DNA of 64,000 bases from Gammaproteobacteria bacterium (GCA_021772975.1 JAJFKY010000020.1:5559-69558); one strand, 5' to 3'; positions 39,098 to 48,683 are shown, numbered from the stretch's first letter. The notes: a model not told the origin generated them from the sequence alone. Translations and numbers: made by a program.

Positions 39098-40000
39098 ATG
39101 ACCCACAACGACAGTTTCGCTGAGCAATCAGCAATCCTGGTGCAGCGCATTAATCAGTATCTGGACGAGTTGCTGTCACAGTCTTGCAGCAGTGAGCGTC
39201 TGCGGCAGGCGATGCGCCATGCGGTGCTGGCGGGCGGCAAGCGTATCCGGCCCTTGCTGGTATACGCCGCCGGCAGGCTGGCCGGTGCCGAGTTGCGCAA
39301 CCTGGATGCGGCCGCGGCCGCGGTTGAACTGGTGCACTGTTATTCGCTGGTACACGATGATCTGCCTGCCATGGATGATGATGATTTACGCCGTGGCCGT
39401 CCAACCCTGCACAAAGCCTTTGATGAGGCGACCGCTATTCTGGCGGGTGACGCGCTGCTGGCGCTAGCATTTCAATGTCTGGCGGATGCCGCCGCGGACT
39501 ATCCTGATTCGCGCGCAGTGACCGCCAGTCTGCGCGTGCTGGCGCATGCCAGTGGCGGCGCTGGCATGGTCGGCGGTCAGATGCTGGATATCGCCATGGC
39601 CGGCAGTTATCCGGACAAGGCACTGGTTGAACAGATGTTCAGCCTCAAAACCGGTGCGCTGATTCATGCCGCGGTGATGATGGGGGGGTATGCCTCGCGC
39701 CAGGCACCTGACCAGCAACTGAGTGCCCGGCTATCACATTTCGGCACAGCCATCGGCTTATGCTTTCAGGTTCAGGATGACATTCTGGACGTCACCGGCG
39801 ATACCGCCCGGCTGGGCAAGCCGCAGGGCTCGGACGAAGACAAGGATAAACCCAATTACGCGTTGCGTTACGGTCTGGATGTAGCCCGCCAGCGGGCCGA
39901 TGATTTATTTGCCGAAGCACACCAGAGTCTGGCGGAATACGGCTCCCGGGCTGAGCCGTTACGCTGGATGGCGGCGTATATTACCCGCCGCGATTACTAG
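39098..40000 (+). CDS. ispA: (2E,6E)-farnesyl diphosphate synthase
   Basis: FARM LVHDDLPAMDDDDLRRG and SARM FQVQDDILD. The ATG at 39098 has a GGAG RBS. It is divergent from sqs. Confidence 0.9.
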   Translation: MTHNDSFAEQSAILVQRINQYLDELLSQSCSSERLRQAMRHAVLAGGKRIRPLLVYAAGRLAGAELRNLDAAAAAVELVHCYSLVHDDLPAMDDDDLRRGRPTLHKAFDEATAILAGDALLALAFQCLADAAADYPDSRAVTASLRVLAHASGGAGMVGGQMLDIAMAGSYPDKALVEQMFSLKTGALIHAAVMMGGYASRQAPDQQLSARLSHFGTAIGLCFQVQDDILDVTGDTARLGKPQGSDEDKDKPNYALRYGLDVARQRADDLFAEAHQSLAEYGSRAEPLRWMAAYITRRDY

Positions 40001-40060
40001 GCCCGGAACAATGATTCGCGGCGTAGCCGGTGGTGCGTACCCGCCGCGCTGAGTTGAGTA

Positions 40061-40783
40061 CTAGTCGCCCAGATAAAACTGCACGGTACTGACCACCCGG
40101 ACAATCTTGACATCCGGTGAATTGCTGTCGCGCTCGGAAATCGTAAACAATCCCTGATTGGCATTGCGGATGCCATCGACCACACTGTCCGAATCATTGG
40201 CGAACTGACGCGCTGCTTCGCGCGCACTGGCGGTGGCTTCAGCGATCATTTCCGGTTTGATTGCATTCAGACCGGTGAACAAAAACTGGGCATCGGTGCC
40301 ATAAGCATAGTCCTGGGCCAGCACGATGCCTTCGCCGAGCAGATCACCGGCGGCTTCCTGGGCGGTGCGCACCGCTGAGACATCAGAGCTCTGGACGGTC
40401 AGCGTCCGCAGCGCCTGAAAACGCTGTGGAGGCCGCTGATTGCCGTAGGTCTGAGCATAGAAATCGGTAATCTTCGGCGGTGAACGGGTCAGCTCGTCGT
40501 TTTCAAAACCATGCAGTTTCAGAAATGCGGTAATACTGCCGGTGGCCTGCTCAAGCCCTGCCTGGAGTTCGGCCAGTTGATCACCGTTAACCGTAAAAGT
40601 GATCGGCCAGATGGCCAGATCAGCGGCCACCTCGCGCTCAGCCAGGCCTTTGACGGTCACATAACGGTCCTGGCGCTTAAATTCCAGCAGCGCATGGCTC
40701 AACAATAGCGCGGCTATCACCAGGCCAAGGCTCAATATGGCCGCCGCCAGCCAGGTGGCGTTGGAATGCTCAGAGTTGCTCAT
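40061..40783 (-). CDS. SIMPL (DUF541) domain protein
   Basis: 240 aa with an N-terminal TM anchor, then DRYVTVKGLAEREVAADLAIW ... VRVVSTVQFYL, typical of the SIMPL/26-kDa periplasmic antigen family. Confidence 0.7.
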   Translation of the reverse strand: MSNSEHSNATWLAAAILSLGLVIAALLLSHALLEFKRQDRYVTVKGLAEREVAADLAIWPITFTVNGDQLAELQAGLEQATGSITAFLKLHGFENDELTRSPPKITDFYAQTYGNQRPPQRFQALRTLTVQSSDVSAVRTAQEAAGDLLGEGIVLAQDYAYGTDAQFLFTGLNAIKPEMIAEATASAREAARQFANDSDSVVDGIRNANQGLFTISERDSNSPDVKIVRVVSTVQFYLGD

Positions 40784-40864
40784 GCTCGGGTTTGGTCCGT
40801 CAGATTGCCTGAGCTTAGCTTACTCGAGCGGTGAATAGGCCGCCAGAGCAATCTGCCGGGTCGC

Positions 40865-41887
40865 TTATTCCACCCCCAGGCGCTGGTGCATCAATGGGCT
40901 GGTGGTGGTGTACTGCAGGCGGACTTTCTGCTCCGGGTGCAAATGCTGCTGGACGCCGAAGGCCGCCAGCGCCGCCTCGTGGAAGCCCGACAGAATCAGC
41001 TTTTTCTTGCCCGGATAGGTGTTGATGTCGCCAATGGCAAAAATACCCGGCACATTGGTCTGGAATTTTTCGGTATCCACTTCGATCGCGCGCTTTTCCA
41101 ATTCCAGGCCCCAATCCGCAATCGGCCCCAGGTTGGGTGACAGCCCCCAGAACACCAGCACTTGATCACATTTGATCTGACTGCGCTGACCCTCCCGGTT
41201 GATGATTTCAAGTCCGCTCAGCTGGTCGTTTTCGGTTAAGACCTGGGTGACATTGCCCTGGTGTTCAGTCAGCCGCCCGGTTTTGGCCAGCTGTTTCATT
41301 TTATTAACGGAGGCAGGCTGGGCGCGGTATTCGAGGCGTCGATGCACCAGCTGGATACTGGCAGCCCGGTCATGCAGGGCCAGTGTCCAGTCCAGGGCGG
41401 AGTCACCACCGCCTAGAATCGCCAGATGCTGGCCGGCGAAATCCGCGGGTTTCAGCACCTTGGTATGAATGCTGAGGTCGCGAAAAGCTTCCGCGCCTGG
41501 TGCTTTCAGCAAGCGGGGAATAAACGCCCCCAGACCGGCCGCGATGATGACCGTACCGGTATCAAATTCGGTGCCTTTGGTGGTCACCACCTGGAAGCGG
41601 CCATTATCCAGCGGCGTCAACTGACTGACCTGCTGTGCCAGATGGAACCGCGGATTAAACGGCTTGATCTGTTCCAGCAACCGGTCAATCAATTCCTGTG
41701 CGCCCACACTGGGCAAAGCGGGAATATCATAGATGGGCTTGTCCGGGTACAACTCGGCGCATTGTCCGCCCGGCTGTGGCAGGCTATCCACGATGTGCAC
41801 GCTGATATCCAGCAGGCCAAGCTCAAACACCTGGAACAGGCCACAGGGGCCGGCGCCAATAATCAGTGCATCGGTTTTGATCGTCAT
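40865..41887 (-). CDS. Ferredoxin-NADP(+) reductase, thioredoxin-reductase-like type
   Basis: DALIIGAGPCGL, PGGQCAELYPDKPIYDIPA, ILGGGDSALDW, FAIGDINTYPGK. Confidence 0.85.
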   Translation of the reverse strand: MTIKTDALIIGAGPCGLFQVFELGLLDISVHIVDSLPQPGGQCAELYPDKPIYDIPALPSVGAQELIDRLLEQIKPFNPRFHLAQQVSQLTPLDNGRFQVVTTKGTEFDTGTVIIAAGLGAFIPRLLKAPGAEAFRDLSIHTKVLKPADFAGQHLAILGGGDSALDWTLALHDRAASIQLVHRRLEYRAQPASVNKMKQLAKTGRLTEHQGNVTQVLTENDQLSGLEIINREGQRSQIKCDQVLVFWGLSPNLGPIADWGLELEKRAIEVDTEKFQTNVPGIFAIGDINTYPGKKKLILSGFHEAALAAFGVQQHLHPEQKVRLQYTTTSPLMHQRLGVE

Positions 41888-42008
41888 TCCGCTTCCAGTC
41901 AATCAATTACTTCTTTCTCTCACATGGTCGGGGTTGTAGCCGGGGAAAACAAGCCATCCGGCGGGTAGCATGCTAACCTGCACGGCGGGTAACAGATACA
42001 CAGCAACG

Positions 42009-42707
42009 ATGTCAGAAAACCGCCGCGCCATACAACTGCATGATTCCTGGTTAAACCGCCTCCAGACGGAGTTCGAGGCGGATTACATGCAACAGTTGGG
42101 CGAGTTTCTGCGCCAGCGGAAACAGGCCCGGGCCGTTATCTATCCACCCGGCGGTGAAATTTTTGCGGCCCTGAACAGTACGCCTTTCGAGCAGGTCAAA
42201 GCAGTCATTCTGGGGCAGGACCCCTACCACGGACCAGGCCAGGCGCATGGTCTGTGTTTTTCGGTCAAACCGGGCGTGGCCGTGCCGCCGTCATTGCTGA
42301 ATATTTACAAGGAACTGCACACCGATATCGGCTTTGATATTCCCGGGCATGGTTATCTGATGCCCTGGGCGGAGCAGGGTGTGCTGCTGTTAAATGCGGT
42401 GCTGACGGTCGAGCGTGGCCGTGCCGGGGCGCACCAGGGCAAGGGCTGGGAGCGCTTTACCGATGCTGTTATTCAGCGATTGAATGCCGAGCGTGAAGGC
42501 CTGGTGTTTTTACTGTGGGGCAGTTATGCACAGAAGAAGGCGGCGTTCGTGGATCGTAATAAACATCGCGTCCTGAGTGCTGTGCATCCATCCCCGCTGT
42601 CCGCCCACCGGGGGTTCTTCGGTTGCCGGCATTTCTCTCAGGCCAATCAGTATTTACTGCAACAGGGCGGGCAGGCGATTGACTGGCACTTGCCGATGGC
42701 GGTGTAA
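42009..42707 (+). CDS. ung: Uracil-DNA glycosylase
   Basis: [21 protein letters not shown] and [14 protein letters not shown] motifs. Confidence 0.95.
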   Translation: MSENRRAIQLHDSWLNRLQTEFEADYMQQLGEFLRQRKQARAVIYPPGGEIFAALNSTPFEQVKAVILGQDPYHGPGQAHGLCFSVKPGVAVPPSLLNIYKELHTDIGFDIPGHGYLMPWAEQGVLLLNAVLTVERGRAGAHQGKGWERFTDAVIQRLNAEREGLVFLLWGSYAQKKAAFVDRNKHRVLSAVHPSPLSAHRGFFGCRHFSQANQYLLQQGGQAIDWHLPMAV

Positions 42708-42715
42708 AGCCATCT

Positions 42716-43642
42716 TCAGGCGGCGATCTCCCGGCTGTTTTCAGGAATCAGCAGGCCCGCATCGAGAGTGCTGAACAAGTCGGCGAAATTATCCATGAAC
42801 GATTCATTGGCACTGCTCTTGCGCCAGCACATGGCGATCACCCGTTTGGGCGCAGGCGGACTGAAGGTGCGGATGATGACATTATCGGTCTGGGCAATCG
42901 GAGGTTTCACCGCCAGGGTCGGCATCAGCGTGATACCGGCATTGGCGGCTACCATTTGCCGCAGGGTTTCCATGCTGGTGGCATGAAAATCCATTTCTTC
43001 ATGCGCGCCGGCCATCTGGCAAACTTCCAGGGCGTGATCACGCATGCAGTGACCCTCTTCCAGCAACAGCAGCGAACTGCTGCGCAGGTCTTCGGTTTTG
43101 ATATTCCGTTTATTGGCCAGCGGATGCCCGGACGGCACGGCCAGAACAAAGGGCTCTTCGAATAAAATCCGATATTGCAGGGTGTCGTCTGGCAGCGGTA
43201 AAGCCAGGATGCCGGCGTCCAGTTTACCCTGTTGCAGCATACGCAGAATATCGGCGGTTTTTTCCTCAAACAACTGCAGCGCCAGGTGCGGATACCGGGT
43301 TCTGATCTGGGGCACCACATGTGGCAGCAGATAGGGCGCAAGGGTAGGGAACAGGCCCAGCCGGAGCATTCCGGAAGCCGGGTCACGACGCTTCTTGGCA
43401 TGCTGTTTCAGTTGTTCGGCATCGCGTAGAATATGCCGGGCGCGTTCCACAATTTCTTCGCCGATCGGCGTTAGCATGACTTTACGCGGGGCGCGTTCGA
43501 CCAGCTGGACTTCGAGTTCGGATTCCAGTTTGCGGATTTGCGTACTGAGTGTCGGCTGACTGACATGACAGGCTTCGGCAGCCTTGCTGAAATGGCGCAG
43601 ATCAGCGAGTGTGACCAGATAATGTAAATCGCGTAAGTTCAT
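42716..43642 (-). CDS. oxyR: LysR-family hydrogen-peroxide sensor OxyR
   Basis: MNLRDLHYLVTLADLRHFSKAAEACHVSQPTLSTQIRKLE. Redox cysteine pair in EEGHCMRDHALEVC. It is divergent from ahpC. Confidence 0.9.
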   Translation of the reverse strand: MNLRDLHYLVTLADLRHFSKAAEACHVSQPTLSTQIRKLESELEVQLVERAPRKVMLTPIGEEIVERARHILRDAEQLKQHAKKRRDPASGMLRLGLFPTLAPYLLPHVVPQIRTRYPHLALQLFEEKTADILRMLQQGKLDAGILALPLPDDTLQYRILFEEPFVLAVPSGHPLANKRNIKTEDLRSSSLLLLEEGHCMRDHALEVCQMAGAHEEMDFHATSMETLRQMVAANAGITLMPTLAVKPPIAQTDNVIIRTFSPPAPKRVIAMCWRKSSANESFMDNFADLFSTLDAGLLIPENSREIAA

Positions 43643-43654
43643 GTTGAGAGCATC

Positions 43655-43669
43655 ATAGGGATTGGCTAT
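43655..43669. promoter_or_regulatory. LysR/OxyR-type half site ATAG-N7-CTAT
   Basis: ATAGggattggCTAT was read in the oxyR-ahpC divergent intergenic region. Only one clean dyad was seen. Confidence 0.45.
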
Positions 43670-43772
43670 TAAAAAGATTAAAACATTCAATTTGAATTAT
43701 AGCAACGCAACCCCGATCATTACTGTCAACGATCAATTCATACCATTTAGGCCAGTTATTCCAAGGAGATTT

Positions 43773-44315
43773 ATGATGTTAACTATTGGTGACCAGTTTC
43801 CACGTTTCGATCTGACCGCTACGGTCTCAACCGATATCCAGGATGCATTTAAAGATATCAACAGTGATACCTATGCCGGTAAATGGCTGCTGGTATTTTT
43901 CTACCCTAAAGATTTTACCTTTGTGTGTCCGACCGAAATCAAGGCATTTGGTGATCTGAACGGCGAATTCGCTGATCGTGATTGTCAGGTGCTGGCCGGC
44001 AGCGTTGATTCGGAGTTTGTGCATCTGGCGTGGCGTCGCGATCATGACGACCTGCGTGATCTGCCCTTCCCGATGCTGTCTGATATCAAACGCGAGCTGT
44101 CTTCGGCACTGGGCATTCTGCATCCGGATGCCGGTGTCTCGATGCGCGCCACCTTTATCGTTGATCCGGAAGGCGTTATCCGCCACGTTTCAGTGACCGA
44201 TCTTAATGTGGGTCGTAATCCAGCCGAGACGCTGCGTATTCTGGATGCCCTGCAGAGTGACGAATTGTGTCCCTGCAACTGGAGCAAGGGTGAAGAAACC
44301 CTGAAAGTTGCCTGA
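43773..44315 (+). CDS. ahpC: Peroxiredoxin (AhpC/TSA family)
   Basis: The ATG at 43773 follows a CAAGGAG RBS. FFYPKDFTFVCPTEI contains the peroxidatic Cys; the resolving Cys is in ELCPCNW. Confidence 0.9.
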   Translation: MMLTIGDQFPRFDLTATVSTDIQDAFKDINSDTYAGKWLLVFFYPKDFTFVCPTEIKAFGDLNGEFADRDCQVLAGSVDSEFVHLAWRRDHDDLRDLPFPMLSDIKRELSSALGILHPDAGVSMRATFIVDPEGVIRHVSVTDLNVGRNPAETLRILDALQSDELCPCNWSKGEETLKVA

Positions 44316-44344
44316 TCAGGGACTGATTCAGCAGACCGCCCGAA

Positions 44345-44367
44345 GGGCCGCTTAGCGGCCCTTTTTA
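44345..44367 (+). terminator. Rho-independent terminator between ahpC and ahpD
   Basis: gggccgc-tta-gcggccc followed by ttttta. Confidence 0.65.
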
Positions 44368-44388
44368 TATTCAGCCAAGGAGTTTTAC

Positions 44389-44919
44389 ATGTCTATTCAA
44401 GCCATTAAAAGCGCCATCCCCGATTATGCGAAAGACCTGCGGTTAAATCTCAGCAGCGTGCTCGGCGGTGATGGCAGCCCGGCGCTCAATGATGCCCAGC
44501 GCTGGGGCGTTGCATTGGCCTCGGCCTATGCGGTCGGTAACCGTGAATTGCTGGCGTCGATTGAAGCCGGGGCGGGTGAACAGCTCGACGATGCGTATCG
44601 CCAGGCAGCGCGCTCATCGGCGGCCATTATGGGTATGAATAATATTTACTACCGGTTTGTGCACTTGTCATCCAACCAGGACTACGGACAGATGCCGGCC
44701 CGCCTGCGTATGACCGTGATCGGCAACCCCGGCATAGAGAAGGTTGATTTTGAACTTTTCTCGCTGGCGGTATCAGCCATCAATGGCTGTGGCATGTGTA
44801 TCGATTCGCATGAAAAAGTATTACGCCAGGCCGGCTTCAGCACCGCCGGTATTCAGGATGCGGTACGGATTGCCGCGGTCATACATGCGGTCGCCGGCGT
44901 GCTGCAACAGGAAAGCTGA
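44389..44919 (+). CDS. ahpD: Alkylhydroperoxidase AhpD (carboxymuconolactone decarboxylase family)
   Basis: 176 aa with the CxxC motif (INGCGMCIDSHE). It follows ahpC. Confidence 0.88.
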   Translation: MSIQAIKSAIPDYAKDLRLNLSSVLGGDGSPALNDAQRWGVALASAYAVGNRELLASIEAGAGEQLDDAYRQAARSSAAIMGMNNIYYRFVHLSSNQDYGQMPARLRMTVIGNPGIEKVDFELFSLAVSAINGCGMCIDSHEKVLRQAGFSTAGIQDAVRIAAVIHAVAGVLQQES

Positions 44920-44950
44920 TTCAGGTAAACTGATTCACACCGGGCTTAAT

Positions 44951-44977
44951 CCGGGTCAGTCAGGTGGACTGACCCGG
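44951..44977. terminator. 11-bp perfect-stem hairpin between convergent ahpD and the heme-uptake operon
   Basis: ccgggtcagtc-aggtg-gactgacccgg. There is no U-tract. It overlaps the last codons of ORF 44956-45261. Confidence 0.4.
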
Positions 44978-45261
44978 TAAGTATTCCTGACCGGGGAGCC
45001 CCGCAACCGGGCGTGGATTTCCAGCTCCATGGCGATGCGTGCCGCGAGCAATAACAGCTCACTCACTTCAGATTTAGCTAAGCGTGCGGTGTCGCCACGT
45101 AACAGACGCTCAACCGGTAGTAATTCCCGGGCATTGCGGCTGCCCAGCATGGCATACGCCTGTTGACCGTGCCAGCAACGCAGCTGAGCGCCGTGCGGAT
45201 GGGACAGGCGCAGGCAATGCTCATCCTGCATCGCCAGCTGCAGCGTCCAATAGCGGCGCAT
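44956..45261 (-). CDS. Hypothetical 101-aa protein
   Basis: The ORF starts 10 nt after the lipoprotein gene stop and is co-oriented with it. It has no recognisable motif, and its 3' end coincides with a hairpin. Confidence 0.3.
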   Translation of the reverse strand: MRRYWTLQLAMQDEHCLRLSHPHGAQLRCWHGQQAYAMLGSRNARELLPVERLLRGDTARLAKSEVSELLLLAARIAMELEIHARLRGSPVRNTYRVSPPD

Positions 45262-45270
45262 TATCCGTAC

Positions 45271-46335
45271 CTAATCATCATTGATGGGCTCCACATAGGC
45301 GGTTAGTGCCTGGCGTATTTCCCGTTGAATTTCCGGCGTGGTCGCGGCGTTGGCGGTACGATGTTCATCGGCCAGTTCGAACATGCGCTCATACATGGCC
45401 TGATCGTCGACGGAACTGGCGATGCTCAGCGCTTTGCTATGGGTGAGCTGATGATCCCAGTAATCACGCACCTGTGCCCAGAACAGCTGGGTGTCCTGCA
45501 TATATTCGCTGGCCAGACGCAGCTCCGGAGCGCTGATGGGCAGGTAACGGTTCAAACCGTATTCGCGCGCAATGACCGGATTATTCTGGTCACGCCGCTG
45601 ATCCAGCTTGTAGTTATCCTGTTCATGATACCAGCCGTTCGGGGTGATGACATGCCGGTTGACCGCCACCAGCACATCATAGTCATCCCGCACCGTGTAT
45701 TCCCGGCGGGGTAATGGCCGCCAGGTGATTTCTGACTGCCATACGGATTGATTGCCGGTATGTCGCCAGCGTCCATAACCTTCATAGCGCGGGCTGTCAT
45801 CCACCTGGTAAACAGCTTGTGACCAGGTACCCAGCACCTGCTCGGGTTGCAGCACAACGTTATGCCAGCGGTTGTTACCGCGAAACTCCAGCATCGCCTG
45901 GTCCTGATAGACCCAATCCTGTCGCCAGTGTTTGATGGGGAAGCAGTCCGCTTCAATATCGATGGGCGTTACCGCGCTGTCATCAGCGTTATAGTCGGCA
46001 CTGTCGGATTCGGTTTCACAGGCTACCAGGACATGCTGCAGGACAATCCTGTCACCGGCATCTTCCAGCACCGTGATCCATTCAATCCCGCCCGAAGTAT
46101 ACGGTTCAGCCAGCGCATAGTCCGGGCGCACGGCAATGGTCTCCCGGAAACTGAAATCCACACTATAGCTGCCGGCCATGGCCAGAATAGCCTGCCGGTC
46201 ACGCTGAAAATCCGTTGCTTCAACAACCTTGATCGGTGCTGGTTGAGTGGGGCTGGTCTGGCAGCCGCCTGTCAGTATCCCAGCCAGGCACAGGCCGCCG
46301 GCTGCCAGCCGGGAAACACCATAAGAAGTCGCCAT
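45271..46335 (-). CDS. Probable lipoprotein of unknown function, TonB-receptor-associated
   Basis: The ATG at 46335 has a GGAGG RBS 5 nt upstream. The signal sequence has a lipobox-like ILTGGC. The protein is Trp/Tyr-rich. It starts 24 nt after the receptor stop. Confidence 0.7.
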   Translation of the reverse strand: MATSYGVSRLAAGGLCLAGILTGGCQTSPTQPAPIKVVEATDFQRDRQAILAMAGSYSVDFSFRETIAVRPDYALAEPYTSGGIEWITVLEDAGDRIVLQHVLVACETESDSADYNADDSAVTPIDIEADCFPIKHWRQDWVYQDQAMLEFRGNNRWHNVVLQPEQVLGTWSQAVYQVDDSPRYEGYGRWRHTGNQSVWQSEITWRPLPRREYTVRDDYDVLVAVNRHVITPNGWYHEQDNYKLDQRRDQNNPVIAREYGLNRYLPISAPELRLASEYMQDTQLFWAQVRDYWDHQLTHSKALSIASSVDDQAMYERMFELADEHRTANAATTPEIQREIRQALTAYVEPINDD

Positions 46336-46358
46336 AAGTTCCTCCGCGTAGTTCAAAG

Positions 46359-48683
46359 TTAGAAAGTGATGCGCAGTGCAGCGCTGAAATTAATGCCCGG
46401 CCGGCCCAGGCGTTGCAGTAACGGGTCATCCACCAGCCGGCCCTGCACATCTGGCCATTCGACGTAATTACTGTCGGTGATGTTGAATATCCCCAGGTTC
46501 AGCCGGGCGAAGTCGGTTAATTGCGCCCAGCCGGTGACATCGAGGGTGACAAATTCATCGCTGCGAGCCAGGTTTTCATCCGGGTCGTTCAAGCGATTTT
46601 GTGCACGGGTGTAGGTGCCATTCAGATTAACGCCGTAGCGACCGTCGATTGATTGCCAGATCAGGCCGCTTACCAGTTGGCCCGGGTTGACACTGTTCAG
46701 CGGGACATCAGCGCTGCGATCGTTGCCTTCGCTCCAGGCAGCCGATGTCCGCCAGCTCAATCCGGGCAGCCAATCATCCAGCCGCCATTGCATAGCCAGT
46801 TCCGCACCAAAGATTTCAGCGCTTTGCAGATTTACCGATTGAAACTGCAAAATGCCGTCGGTGCGCACATCGACCAGTGACAGTGATTCAATAAAGTCGT
46901 CATAACGGTTATAAAAACCGGTGAGCTGGAAATTAATAGCCCGCCAGGCGCCCCGCAGTCCTAACTCAAAGCTGTCACTGGTTTCCGGGCGTAAATCCGG
47001 ATTGGGCAGTGCGGTATAGCCAAATTGAAAGTTGGTAAAGCCGATGTTGACATCATTGAACGGCGGTGCCCGGAACCCCCGGGCATATTGCGCGACCAGA
47101 TCCAGACCGCCGCCGAGCTGCCAGATTAAACCCAGCTTGGGGGAAACGCTGAATTCATTCAGATCAACGGATTCGATGCCCGGGTTGTCGGCGATAAAAA
47201 TATCATCCGGATCAGAGTCCAGGTCGTAGTAATCCAGGCGCAAACCCGGGACCAGCAGCAAGCGTTTATCCAACAGCTCGATTTCGTCCTGAATAAACCA
47301 GCCGGCCGACAAGGTATCCGAATCCGGGAAGTCCCGTACCGGGAAGGTATCCGGACCGACGACATTGCTGATGTCTCCGGTCAGCAGACTCAGCGCAGTA
47401 CCGTCACGCAACTGGCTGGTGTCGACCTGTTCAACTTCAAAACCATAAACCAGCCGGTGCTGGACTGGTCCGGTGGCAAAGTGTGACTGCAGATACAGCT
47501 CAGCACCCCAACTGTGCTGGGCAAAGTCGAACACCCGAGTGCGCTGCTGTGGATCAGGTTCACCAAACACAATGGTGCTGCGCCGTTCGGTGGTGTTTTG
47601 ACGGGTCTCGGTGTGCTGGTAAAACAGCCGCCATTGACCACCAGCCAGCCAACCGCCGTTGCTGGTCAGGTCCTGTTCCAGGCTGACTCGCTGGCGTTCG
47701 AGCCGATCATCAGCCTGCACCAAAGTGGTATCAATCAGAAAAGGAAAACCAAACCCGGCGCTGAAATCCTGAATGCCGAGCAGCGACCGCACGTCCGTCA
47801 TGCTATCGGACTCCAGGCCATCCAGGGTCAAACGCAACGGGTTGTCATTCCAGTCATAGACCAGCTTGGCCAGCAGGCTGTAACTGCGTTCGGAAAACGG
47901 ATCGGCAGCCTGCTCGGCATTGGTTTCCAACTCGTCACTGTTGCGTCGGCTGACGCTGACCAGTGCTGACCAATCGTTCCATTTAGCGGCGCCGGTGACA
48001 CGCAGCGCATGCTGGTCGTTCGCGCTGAAGTAAGCGCCTTTGGCATCCGCGCTGTAGGTTTGTCCGGCCAGCACATCCAGCGGGTCTTTGGTAATAAAAC
48101 TGACCACCCCGCCAATGGCGTCAGAACCAAACAGGCTGGAAGCCGCGCCGCGTACAATTTCCACCTGTTTCAATAAATCAATATCGATAAAGTCGCGGCT
48201 GGCATTGGAAAAACTGCCAATTGCAAACGCGTCAGAAACCGGTACCCCGTCAATTTCAGTCAGCACCCGGTTGCCGCCGATGCCGCGGATAATGAAGCCA
48301 CCCAGACCAAACCGGCTGCCCTGATCGTTGATATCCACACCGGGGGTATAGCGAACCAGGGTTTTCAGATCACTGGATAAATCACGCTCCAGCTCTTCAC
48401 TGGTAATCACGCTGACGGTGCCGGTCAACTCAGTGATCTGCCGCGGGCTGCGGTTGGCGACCACCGTGACTTTACTAAGCTGAGCGCCGGCGGTATCCGA
48501 TTCAGCTGACGGTGGATCAGTTGGGATGTTGATATCCGCCGGGTCAGGTTCACCGCTGATGTCATCAGCGCTCCAGGCCGGGCTCAGACTGGCGGTGCAG
48601 GACAGCCAGCAGATAGCCAGTAACAAGAGCGTGGCTGGTGGCTTTCGCCCAGCTAGATCAGCGTCAGTTTTCGGCAAGCACAT
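46359..48683 (-). CDS. TonB-dependent outer-membrane receptor (probably heme/hemoprotein)
   Basis: 774 aa with a signal peptide, a plug (VTVVANRSPRQ... / GGFIIRGIGGNRV), a barrel, and a terminal ...AALRITF. It contains GFRAP...NPDLRPE boxes and lies downstream of hemP and a Fur box. Confidence 0.88.
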   Translation of the reverse strand: MCLPKTDADLAGRKPPATLLLLAICWLSCTASLSPAWSADDISGEPDPADINIPTDPPSAESDTAGAQLSKVTVVANRSPRQITELTGTVSVITSEELERDLSSDLKTLVRYTPGVDINDQGSRFGLGGFIIRGIGGNRVLTEIDGVPVSDAFAIGSFSNASRDFIDIDLLKQVEIVRGAASSLFGSDAIGGVVSFITKDPLDVLAGQTYSADAKGAYFSANDQHALRVTGAAKWNDWSALVSVSRRNSDELETNAEQAADPFSERSYSLLAKLVYDWNDNPLRLTLDGLESDSMTDVRSLLGIQDFSAGFGFPFLIDTTLVQADDRLERQRVSLEQDLTSNGGWLAGGQWRLFYQHTETRQNTTERRSTIVFGEPDPQQRTRVFDFAQHSWGAELYLQSHFATGPVQHRLVYGFEVEQVDTSQLRDGTALSLLTGDISNVVGPDTFPVRDFPDSDTLSAGWFIQDEIELLDKRLLLVPGLRLDYYDLDSDPDDIFIADNPGIESVDLNEFSVSPKLGLIWQLGGGLDLVAQYARGFRAPPFNDVNIGFTNFQFGYTALPNPDLRPETSDSFELGLRGAWRAINFQLTGFYNRYDDFIESLSLVDVRTDGILQFQSVNLQSAEIFGAELAMQWRLDDWLPGLSWRTSAAWSEGNDRSADVPLNSVNPGQLVSGLIWQSIDGRYGVNLNGTYTRAQNRLNDPDENLARSDEFVTLDVTGWAQLTDFARLNLGIFNITDSNYVEWPDVQGRLVDDPLLQRLGRPGINFSAALRITF

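Noticed and set aside
38846-39127. 93-aa minus-strand ORF in the sqs-ispA divergent region.
   Set aside because: It overlaps the ispA 5' end and has a basic, low-complexity translation with no RBS. It is likely spurious.
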